From: an uncultured Bacilli bacterium
GTDB lineage: Bacteria; Bacillota_I; Bacilli_A; RFN20; CAG-826
NCBI GenBank assembly: GCA_934699525.1
Contig: CAKUWP010000001.1
Coordinates: 132,384-196,383, forward strand
Direction of reading: 5' to 3'
Length of the DNA: 64,000 bases
Below the pieces are notes generated by a model. The model searched no databases. It had not been told where the DNA came from and was given only the letters and a program-made list of their open reading frames with translations. A program made the position numbers and the translations under genes. Each line of letters begins with the position of its first letter. The first letter of the stretch is position 1. This document shows positions 39,407 to 47,389 of this stretch, in pieces.

Positions 39407-41779
39407 TTAATCCGGGATATAAAGGTCGATGCCGACTTTGGGGTTCTCCCCAATCGTGATACCCAAGGTATAAACCCCGCCTTCGAGGACGTAATAGGTC
39501 TTTTTGCCGTTAGAATCTTTGCCTTCGACAATGCCAGGAATCGCACGGACCTTTTCTTCGAAGCGGCTCATGTAATGGGTCGGGTCCTCGAATTCCACAT
39601 AGGTATCCGGTTGATAGATCTGCACGTGGGTCGGCTTGTTGTTAACGATGTTGGTCGTGATGGCGTACCACCCGTCGAAGAGGGTCGGCTCATAGACGTA
39701 GGGGATGAGTTTGGCCGTAGATTCGCCGAAGAAGGAAAGCAAGGTCGGATAGACGTTTTCTTCCATTTCCCAGGTGGAGGGGGCGGAGAAGGTCGTGAGT
39801 TCTTGCACCTTGGCAGCAAGGTTGGCGTCCACTTCGATTTCATCGTCGCCAAGCCCCACGAATTCGCCGATTTCTTCGCCTTTGGACTGGCCGTTATTGT
39901 ATTCATAACGGTAGCTATAGCTGATTGGTTTCTTCGAGACGTTATTTTTGTAGAAGATATGGAACGTCATCGGACGAACGTTGTCGAGGTGTTGGAAGCC
40001 TTGGATAGAGGAAGTCAAATCATAAATCGGGGTGCGGAGGTTATAGGCAACCTGGGATTCGATGACGGTTTTCTTGAGGACGTCCGGGGAAAGGTTCATG
40101 TTGAGAACATCTTCCAGGGTTTTGTCTTCCGGTTCGGACAAAGCGAACACGTCGTCTTGGCTCGTGTAAAGGAACTGGACGAGTTTGTTCTCCTTGTTCA
40201 TGGCATAGCCGATGCGCTTGGAAGAATATTCCGTCGTAGAGCCGGGTTTCAAAGTCTTTTCTTCACGAAGCAAGTAACGGCTTCCTTCCACATTGGAATA
40301 AGTGAGATAAGCCGCGGAAGAGGGGTCATTTGCATTGTAAAGTTTCAATTGGAACGAGCCTTTGAAATAGGAGAGGGTTTTGGCGATGTCGTCATGAGAA
40401 CCATCTTCTGACGGGGCAAGTGGGGCAGGCATGGCGATCTTTGCGCCTTCTTGGACCGTGATGTGAGCAGCGTACCAATCCTTGGAATAAAAATTCGTCG
40501 GGTCGGTATAGGAATTGAATTTGACTTCGATGTTGGTGAGGGCCCCGTTAGAAACGGAGAAATCGATGAATTCGACATCTTGATTGCCCAAGGATTTAGC
40601 AAGGGTCAAGCCATAGAACACGGAGAAGGGGTTCGAGCCGATATAACGATAACGGCCATTGCCAACCTTCATGAGATTGCTGGCCTTGAGGATATCTTTC
40701 AAATAAACGTAGGAAGACCAATTTTGCCCCGTCGGCTTGCTTTCGACCTTGTTGGAACCGGAGAGATAGACTTCGTGAGAGGCGTCTCCTTGTTTTTGGT
40801 AATAATGGTCATCGTAATAATGGTCATCATGGCCAAAGGTATGGTGAATCTTATCGAGATCCATCGCGACGACGTTGGTTCCTTCGTCATTACCCCATTC
40901 TTCGCTGTCTCGGTGTTCCCAGATTTCCGCGGTGAAGGTATAGGCGTCTTTTTGAAGAGCCGGAAGGGCTGCTTCTTCCACCATATTCACGGAGGAGGGG
41001 TTCTTGAAATAGGCCTCTTCCGCGCTTGCAGAGGCCGAATTCAAATCCGAGAAGGTGCCCTTGGCGTAATCGGTGAAGGTGAAGCCATCGGTGGAACGGA
41101 CGAGAACAAAGGAAAGATCCCCGTTATTTTCTAGGGAAAGCGTCGCGTAAACGAATTGTTCGCTGGCCGCGCGTTCCTTGAGGTTCAAAAGGCAAGCAAG
41201 CGAATAGACGAGGCCAAAATCATTGACCACGTATTCGTCGACGTTCATCAAAAAATCGTCTTTGGTGAAAGTGCCTTTGCCATCTTTTCCAACGTAATCG
41301 GACAAAAGATTGAACGACGATAAATCCGTTAAGGGGGCATAGGCGTCCCCATTTAATTTCGAATCGATGGAAAGCAGTTCTAACGTTTTTCCCGTATTAT
41401 CGAATTCGTAGGAAGAGGTCTTCGACGGATCCTCAAAATTCGGACGGAGGATGTGGCTTAGTCCTTTGCTTTCGAGACGAATATAAGAACCAAAGCAATA
41501 GGTGTCTTCAAACGAGGGCTCATCTTCTTCGTTCGTCAGCGAGACTTTGCTGAGGCGATAGGATTTCGCCTCAACAATCTCATTGAATTTCTTGGCAAGA
41601 ATCTCTTTGTTGATTGGGAGTTTCGGCTGCTCCGAAGAGCCGTTAGAGGTCGAATTAGACTCTGTCCCAGTGGAGGAAGAGGCGGTGTCATTGCTATTTC
41701 CACCAGCCCCGCAAGAAGCAAGTAGCGTCGCCGCGGAAAGCAAGAGGATGGAAGCGCGTGTTAATTTTTTTCTATTCAT
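39407..41779 (-). CDS. Large lipoprotein (790 aa), unknown function, paralog family B
   Basis: Lipobox LLASCGAG plus an S/T/N-rich linker; similarity block with 37439. Confidence 0.65.
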   Translation of the reverse strand: MNRKKLTRASILLLSAATLLASCGAGGNSNDTASSSTGTESNSTSNGSSEQPKLPINKEILAKKFNEIVEAKSYRLSKVSLTNEEDEPSFEDTYCFGSYIRLESKGLSHILRPNFEDPSKTSSYEFDNTGKTLELLSIDSKLNGDAYAPLTDLSSFNLLSDYVGKDGKGTFTKDDFLMNVDEYVVNDFGLVYSLACLLNLKERAASEQFVYATLSLENNGDLSFVLVRSTDGFTFTDYAKGTFSDLNSASASAEEAYFKNPSSVNMVEEAALPALQKDAYTFTAEIWEHRDSEEWGNDEGTNVVAMDLDKIHHTFGHDDHYYDDHYYQKQGDASHEVYLSGSNKVESKPTGQNWSSYVYLKDILKASNLMKVGNGRYRYIGSNPFSVFYGLTLAKSLGNQDVEFIDFSVSNGALTNIEVKFNSYTDPTNFYSKDWYAAHITVQEGAKIAMPAPLAPSEDGSHDDIAKTLSYFKGSFQLKLYNANDPSSAAYLTYSNVEGSRYLLREEKTLKPGSTTEYSSKRIGYAMNKENKLVQFLYTSQDDVFALSEPEDKTLEDVLNMNLSPDVLKKTVIESQVAYNLRTPIYDLTSSIQGFQHLDNVRPMTFHIFYKNNVSKKPISYSYRYEYNNGQSKGEEIGEFVGLGDDEIEVDANLAAKVQELTTFSAPSTWEMEENVYPTLLSFFGESTAKLIPYVYEPTLFDGWYAITTNIVNNKPTHVQIYQPDTYVEFEDPTHYMSRFEEKVRAIPGIVEGKDSNGKKTYYVLEGGVYTLGITIGENPKVGIDLYIPD

Positions 41780-41835
41780 GTTTCATTCCTTTCAAGCCGA
41801 ACTATTGTAGACGTGACTGCTCGTTTGGTCTAGAA

Positions 41836-41851
41836 CTTTCCTTAAGGAAAG
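41836..41851. promoter_or_regulatory. Perfect 16-bp palindrome CTTTCCTTAAGGAAAG upstream of the metallophosphoesterase gene; a third TCCTTAA half-site lies at about 41892 near a TATAAT at 41917
   Basis: Direct inspection of the sequence; candidate operator site. Confidence 0.4.
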
Positions 41852-41955
41852 CGGTTTAAATATCTTGTTTCGCTTCTTTTGTTTCGTCTCCTTCCTTAAA
41901 TCAAGGGATTTATGCCTATAATGAAAAAGTCGAAACACTCAGAGGAAAATCCCCC

Positions 41956-42948
41956 ATGGTGAAAGAAAAAATAAAAGAATCCTGGATTCGCGTGAACCAG
42001 CGGATCGATGAATTTTGTAGAGGAAACGAGGACCGCTCCTTCCGGCTTTTATTTATCACTGACGTTCATATGGGGGCGGAGAACGTTCACCACATCGAAC
42101 AGTTGCAAATGCTTCAAGAGCTTCTCCCCTCCAGCAAAATCGATTTCGTCGTGAATGGGGGAGACATTGGACTAGATGTCGGCGAAAGCAACGAAGAGGC
42201 GAAACGGGTCATCGAATTGACCCAAAAGGCCATGGATTTTGGGAATATCCCCTATTTCTTTTGCAAAGGAAACCACGACATCAAACTAGGCGTATTAGGA
42301 CGAGAAGGTTTAAACCCTTATTTGAATCGTTATTTTCTCGATAAAATCACCCCTGAAAAAGGAAGAATTATAACAAGCGAAACGAACGAAGGTGGATACG
42401 GGTATTATGTAGATAGCAAAACCAACACCCGTTTCTTGTTCCTGAATACTTCGGAAAACCTCCGGGGATATGACGTATCCGGGGAACAACTTGCATTCGT
42501 CATAAACCAATTGGAAACTTGCAAGGAAAAATCCCTCGTCATCTTCAGCCATTTTTGTTTCAACTCCTGTGGGGCGTGGGTTCGTTATCCCAACCCTTTG
42601 AGTCCTAATATGATTAGACTCCGAGACATCGAAAAAGCCTTTGTGAACCGGAAAAAAGGACACACGGGTCCCCTCGATTTTGATTTTAGCCGTTCTCGAA
42701 GCCGCCTTCTTCTTCACCTTTGTGGAGATTCTCATTTTAACAACCAATCTCGAAGCGATAGTTACCTCATCGCCTGCAGGCAAGGGTATGGAGGAATCGA
42801 TCCAGAAGATATCCCGGAAGGGGCTTCTTTCGATTTGTTTGATAAACACGAGCAATGTGATTTCGACCTTTTGGTTATTACCCCAAAGCACGCGAAGCTA
42901 TTCCGTGTTGGGGCTGGGGAGGGGGTTCGCGATATCGAAATTGCCTAA
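41956..42948 (+). CDS. Calcineurin-like metallophosphoesterase (330 aa)
   Basis: Motifs ITDVHMG, NGGDIG, KGNHD; GAGG RBS; TATAAT about 35 nt upstream. Confidence 0.7.
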   Translation: MVKEKIKESWIRVNQRIDEFCRGNEDRSFRLLFITDVHMGAENVHHIEQLQMLQELLPSSKIDFVVNGGDIGLDVGESNEEAKRVIELTQKAMDFGNIPYFFCKGNHDIKLGVLGREGLNPYLNRYFLDKITPEKGRIITSETNEGGYGYYVDSKTNTRFLFLNTSENLRGYDVSGEQLAFVINQLETCKEKSLVIFSHFCFNSCGAWVRYPNPLSPNMIRLRDIEKAFVNRKKGHTGPLDFDFSRSRSRLLLHLCGDSHFNNQSRSDSYLIACRQGYGGIDPEDIPEGASFDLFDKHEQCDFDLLVITPKHAKLFRVGAGEGVRDIEIA

Positions 42949-43108
42949 GGGTTTCCCCTCTTTTTTCCGTGAAGTCCGAAAAAGTGTAATTTCACTATCG
43001 TTTTTTGCATTTTTCTTGACTTCATTTTGCCCGATTTTCACACTTTTTCGAAGTTAACTGAAAGGAAAGAGAAAAACATCCGATGTATTGCCAACATTTA
43101 AGTTAAGT

Positions 43109-43219
43109 ACATTTTTGGTTGGTTCTAACCGAATTTGTACTTAGATATTGCTTTCAGCATTAGAGAAATTAAAATAGTTATATACAATTTTGGTTGGTTC
43201 TAACCGAATTTGTACCTAG
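43109..43219 (+). repeat. Two 36-bp direct repeats (ACAWTTTTGGTTGGTTCTAACCGAATTTGTACYTAG) 75 bp apart, the second ending at the RBS of the ATPase gene
   Basis: Copies at about 43109-43144 and 43184-43219; each contains the inverted element GGTT-CT-AACC. Confidence 0.8.
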
Positions 43220-43229
43220 GAGATTTGAA

Positions 43230-44528
43230 ATGGTGTTTGCCAGAAAACGTTACTTGGATCAATTAACCGCCTCAATCGGCAATGGAATGATCAAGGTCAT
43301 CACGGGGCCAAGGCGTTCGGGAAAATCTTACTTGTTGTTTACAATTTTTCGAGATTGGTTACTTCATTCCGGCGTTCAAGAAGATCATATTTTGTGCCTG
43401 AAATTAGACCAGCAAAGCAATGCTCGTTATCGGAACCTTGACGAATTTGTTTCTTTTTTCAAATCTCAACGCAAAACCGACGGAAAATCCGCCTATTTTC
43501 TCATTGATGAAATTCAATTGGTCGCATCCAAAGAGAACCCTTGGGTTCAAGGTCAATTTCTAACCTTTTACGACGCCCTGAACGAATTTCTGGGTTGGGA
43601 CAATATAGAAGTCTTCGTTACGGGCAGCAATTCCCACATGCTCTCTAGCGATATCGCAACCGAATTTCGCGGACGCGATTGGCAAATTCCGATGTATCCA
43701 TTGTCCTATTCCGAAATTCGAGAACAAACCGATTCGAACATCAACGACTTCACGTTATGGGACCTTTACTGGAAATACGGGGGATTGCCCGCCTGCGTTT
43801 TGGAATCCGACGAATCGAAAAAGCAGCAATATCTTAAGCAAATTTTTTCCACCACTTATTTAAAGGATATTGTGGAACGGTACCATCTTCGCGACGACAT
43901 TATTTTAGAGAACCTCGTTGCTTATTTAGCTTCTTCCGTTGGTTCCGTCCTCAATCCCACCAACATCTCCAACACCTTTAAAAGCAAAATGCACATAACA
44001 GTTGCCCCGGCCACCATTCGTCGCTACATCACCTATCTTAATGACGCCTTTGTCATTTCCGACGCTCAACGGTTTGATCTTAAAGGAAAAGCCATTATCA
44101 ACGGGTCTAGCAAATATTTCTTTAACGACATGGGGCTTCGAAACGCCGCCGCCCATTTTTTAGGTCAAGACCAAGAACCCCACTTCATGGAAAACATCAT
44201 CTATAACGAATTGGTTCTTCGTGGATTTATGGTTCAGGTTGGATCCATTACAAGCACGGAAAACGTTAAGGGGAAACCAACAAAGGTAACGAGAGAGGTA
44301 GACTTCGTTGCAACCAAGAACGGAAGGAAATTCTATATTCAATCGGCTTTCCTTATCGATAATCCCGCCAAGCTTCAGCAAGAAAAAGAATCTTTCCGAA
44401 AAATCGACGATTCCTTCACTCGCGTTATTATCAGCAAATTCACTTCCGGCGCATCCTACGATGAAGACGGCGTGTTGCGCCTCGGCTTGTTCGATTTCTT
44501 GCTCAACAAGTCCAACATCATCGATTGA
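43230..44528 (+). CDS. COG1373-type AAA+ ATPase (AAA_14 plus DUF4143), second paralog
   Basis: Start refined to MVFARKRYLDQL (AGGAG RBS); Walker A GPRRSGKSY, Walker B YFLIDEIQ. Confidence 0.8.
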   Translation: MVFARKRYLDQLTASIGNGMIKVITGPRRSGKSYLLFTIFRDWLLHSGVQEDHILCLKLDQQSNARYRNLDEFVSFFKSQRKTDGKSAYFLIDEIQLVASKENPWVQGQFLTFYDALNEFLGWDNIEVFVTGSNSHMLSSDIATEFRGRDWQIPMYPLSYSEIREQTDSNINDFTLWDLYWKYGGLPACVLESDESKKQQYLKQIFSTTYLKDIVERYHLRDDIILENLVAYLASSVGSVLNPTNISNTFKSKMHITVAPATIRRYITYLNDAFVISDAQRFDLKGKAIINGSSKYFFNDMGLRNAAAHFLGQDQEPHFMENIIYNELVLRGFMVQVGSITSTENVKGKPTKVTREVDFVATKNGRKFYIQSAFLIDNPAKLQQEKESFRKIDDSFTRVIISKFTSGASYDEDGVLRLGLFDFLLNKSNIID

Positions 44529-44533
44529 TTAAA

Positions 44534-44566
44534 AGTTCCATTTTTGGAACTATTTCGTCGCATTTT
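44534..44566 (+). terminator. Hairpin terminator after the second ATPase gene
   Basis: AGTTCCA-TTTTT-TGGAACT followed by ATTTCGTCGCATTTT. Confidence 0.5.
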
Positions 44567-44623
44567 AGAATAATTTCTAAAGTTTTATTCCCACTTTTGG
44601 AACTTTTACCATACAATATAGCC

Positions 44624-45283
44624 ATGAAAAAAAGAATAACTCTATTCCATGGCTCTGATCACGTCATCGATTCCCCCGTTTTCGGGGGAGGATCCCCAAA
44701 AAACGATTATGGGTTTGGATTTTATTGCACCCTGGAAGAGAAAGCCGCCAAAGTTTGGGCCAACCGAAACGGAGGGCCGGGATACGTCAATCAATACGAG
44801 ATCGACGTTTCTTCGCTGCAAATCTTAGATTTAACCGCCCCCTCTTTTGATGCTATGTACTGGATTTCCCTTCTCCTTCAGCACCGCAGTTTGGACGATA
44901 CCGATCGAAGAAAATACAAAACTCTTTTGGAAGACCTCTTTCGAACTTATCCCGTTTCCATTGATGGCGTCGATCTCATCATCGGGTATCGTGCCGATGA
45001 CCGATATTTTCGTTATTGCAAAGATTTTTTGTCCAGCCAATTGGATTACGATTCCCTAACAAAAGCATTAAAGCTAGGAAAATTAGGGATTCAATACGTT
45101 CTGCTTTCGCCAAAAGCCTTCCAAAACATTCATTTTATACGCGCTGAAAAAATTGGAGAGGATTATCTCCGCTCCTATTCTCAACTCATGGAAAAAACTA
45201 ACGACGAATATCAGATAATCATGGAGGGCGCCGATCAAAGAAACGGCCTCTTCATCCGGGACATGTTATATGGAAAACGTTAA
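44624..45283 (+). CDS. DUF3990-like protein (about 220 aa)
   Basis: Start at MKKRITLFHGSDHVIDSPVFGGGSPKNDYGFGFYCT (DUF3990-type LYHGS...DYG.GFYC N-terminus). TACAAT lies 6 nt upstream of the ATG, so the transcript is possibly leaderless. The ORF overlaps the next ORF by 14 nt. Confidence 0.55.
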   Translation: MKKRITLFHGSDHVIDSPVFGGGSPKNDYGFGFYCTLEEKAAKVWANRNGGPGYVNQYEIDVSSLQILDLTAPSFDAMYWISLLLQHRSLDDTDRRKYKTLLEDLFRTYPVSIDGVDLIIGYRADDRYFRYCKDFLSSQLDYDSLTKALKLGKLGIQYVLLSPKAFQNIHFIRAEKIGEDYLRSYSQLMEKTNDEYQIIMEGADQRNGLFIRDMLYGKR

Positions 45284-45905
45284 ACTGCTAACTTCCGAAA
45301 TCAAAGAACGTCTCGCTTCTTTTTTCGAAATGTGCTTATCCCAAGAAGCCATTCCCATTGATTTGCTAGAAGAAAAGCTTGCTTGGGCCGAGCCTTTTCA
45401 ACTTTTGGAAAGAGGCGATGCCACCAGTTTATTAACTGGCACGGTCAGCGATTTATTTCATCGCGTGTTTCAAACTCACGAAACGCCAAATCAATATCTG
45501 ACTGATTCTCGTTTTTATTGGGCAGGACAAATATACGCCACCATCTTTTTGGAAGAAGGGGCGTCCCTTTATCGCATTTCTCTATTGCTCCCCTTGCGTG
45601 AAATGAAAGATCTTTTTCTCCCTTATCACGAGATGGACGACACTCAAATCGTGCAATTGTATCGAAAGCGTGAAAAGGAAAAAAGCGTTTTGGAAGTCCT
45701 CAAAAAGAAAAGCGGACTTTCCTATGTAGAAATGGTAAAAAAGACAGAAATTCCAAAAACCAATCTTTTCCGATTAAAAGACAACAAGAATCTCCAACGC
45801 ATCGGATTAGACGAAGCGAATCAATTAAGCCAAATCCTTCATTGTCCCATCACGGTTTTTCTCAGCCAAGTGCTTTTATCATCATTTTCGAAATATTCTC
45901 GATAA
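45270..45905 (+). CDS. HTH-containing protein, possibly DUF3791-like plus an XRE-type HTH; translationally coupled partner of the DUF3990 gene
   Basis: C-terminal HTH (LSYVEMVKKTEIPKTNLFRLKDNKNLQRIGLDEANQLSQIL); a middle segment (LFLPYHEMDDTQIVQLY) resembles the DUF3791 core. Confidence 0.5.
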   Translation: MENVKLLTSEIKERLASFFEMCLSQEAIPIDLLEEKLAWAEPFQLLERGDATSLLTGTVSDLFHRVFQTHETPNQYLTDSRFYWAGQIYATIFLEEGASLYRISLLLPLREMKDLFLPYHEMDDTQIVQLYRKREKEKSVLEVLKKKSGLSYVEMVKKTEIPKTNLFRLKDNKNLQRIGLDEANQLSQILHCPITVFLSQVLLSSFSKYSR

Positions 45906-45997
45906 TAAGGACAAATTCGAAATTTAAGGCGCGAAAAGATTCAATCCATTTTGATTAAAAAGACGCGTTTAACAGCGACAAAAAGATATGCTCGCTA

Positions 45998-47380
45998 TTA
46001 CGAAGCGCGATCCGCCTCGGAAGAAAGAACCGATACCTCTTTTTTCCATTTCTTACGAATCCAAAAATATCGGATCAAGGGATAAAGAGTCCCCGCGACA
46101 AAACTAATCGGCCACGCAAACCACAAAATTAAAACGTTATGCCAAGCATAGGCCGCGGCAAAGGCAATGCCGGCTTTCGCCGCCAGCTGCATGAACCCAG
46201 CAATAAGGGAGTCCGCGGCCTTTCCCATGCCCTTCAAAACATATTGATAGATATTCATGATGCCGCAGAGAATGCAAGGCACCCCTGCAATCAAAAGGTA
46301 ACGGTAAGCTTCGTGAACCACTTCCTCCGCCGGTTCTTTTAAAAACCACGGAATCATGTAAATCCCAGCAAAGCCCAGCACAAGCCCAATCACCGCGGAA
46401 AACCCTAGGTTTAAAATGTGAGATGCTTTCACGCCGGGTTCAATTCGGTCGATCGTCCCCGCCCCAACGTTTTGAGAAGTATATACACTGAGAGAACTTC
46501 CTACGTTCTCCACCGGAATCAACGCAAACGCAGCAATTCGGCTTCCTACCGTATAGGAAGAAATGACGTTTTCTCCAAACTGATTGACGCATCCCTGGAC
46601 CAAAACGTTGCCCAGGTTATTGATGCCAGCTTGCAAGGCGAAGGGGATGGCAAGCCGAGAAATATCCCCCATTAAACGTATGTTCAGTTTGGCATCCTCT
46701 TTATGAATCCGCATTTGCGGATATTTGATATAGAGAAGCACCAAGGCAAAAATAACGGACAACCCTTGAGCGATCGCCGTTGCAATCGCCGTCCCTTCTA
46801 CCCCCATTTTAAAAACCAAAACAAACAGGAAATCGAGGCCAATGTTCGAAATGGCAGAAACCAGCAAACACCATAATGCGCTTAAGGAATCTCCGATGCT
46901 TCGAAAAGCGTTATAAAGCAAATAATAGCTAAGCGGAAATAACATCGTCACGAAGCTCACCTGCAGATATTTGGTGGCTTCCGCCAATATGTTTTCCGGG
47001 GTTTGCATCCAAATTAAGATTTGCCTCGACAAAAAGAAGCCGGACAAGGCAATAATCGCGCTTAAAAACAAAGCAAAATAGAACGAATTGGCAAAAATAT
47101 GGCGAACCTGCCCGTATTCCTTTTTTCCAAAGCTTTGGGCCATCAAGACCCCGCAGCCAATATTGACCCCGATGACCAAAGAAACAATGAGAAGAATGAT
47201 GGGCATCGTCACTCCAATGGCGTCTAAAGCTTGGTTGCCCAAGACCTTACCCACGATAATCGAGTCCGTTAAAGAATAGACTTGAGAAAGGAAGTTCGAT
47301 AACAAGGCTGGCAAAGTAAAAGCGAGCAGCAGCTTTAACGGATGCCCTTTGGTCATATCAATTTGAGCTTTGTTTTTCAT
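45998..47380 (-). CDS. MATE-family efflux transporter
   Basis: 12-TM protein; N-terminus LKLLLAFTLPALLSNFLSQVYSLTDSIIVGKVLG is typical of MATE. Confidence 0.8.
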   Translation of the reverse strand: MKNKAQIDMTKGHPLKLLLAFTLPALLSNFLSQVYSLTDSIIVGKVLGNQALDAIGVTMPIILLIVSLVIGVNIGCGVLMAQSFGKKEYGQVRHIFANSFYFALFLSAIIALSGFFLSRQILIWMQTPENILAEATKYLQVSFVTMLFPLSYYLLYNAFRSIGDSLSALWCLLVSAISNIGLDFLFVLVFKMGVEGTAIATAIAQGLSVIFALVLLYIKYPQMRIHKEDAKLNIRLMGDISRLAIPFALQAGINNLGNVLVQGCVNQFGENVISSYTVGSRIAAFALIPVENVGSSLSVYTSQNVGAGTIDRIEPGVKASHILNLGFSAVIGLVLGFAGIYMIPWFLKEPAEEVVHEAYRYLLIAGVPCILCGIMNIYQYVLKGMGKAADSLIAGFMQLAAKAGIAFAAAYAWHNVLILWFAWPISFVAGTLYPLIRYFWIRKKWKKEVSVLSSEADRAS

Positions 47381-47389
47381 TTTTATTTT

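Noticed and set aside
39575-40411. 278-aa plus-strand ORF
   Set aside because: Antisense within the 790-aa lipoprotein gene; Gly/Val/Asp/Phe-rich composition typical of a reverse-frame artefact of a Ser/Thr-rich gene.
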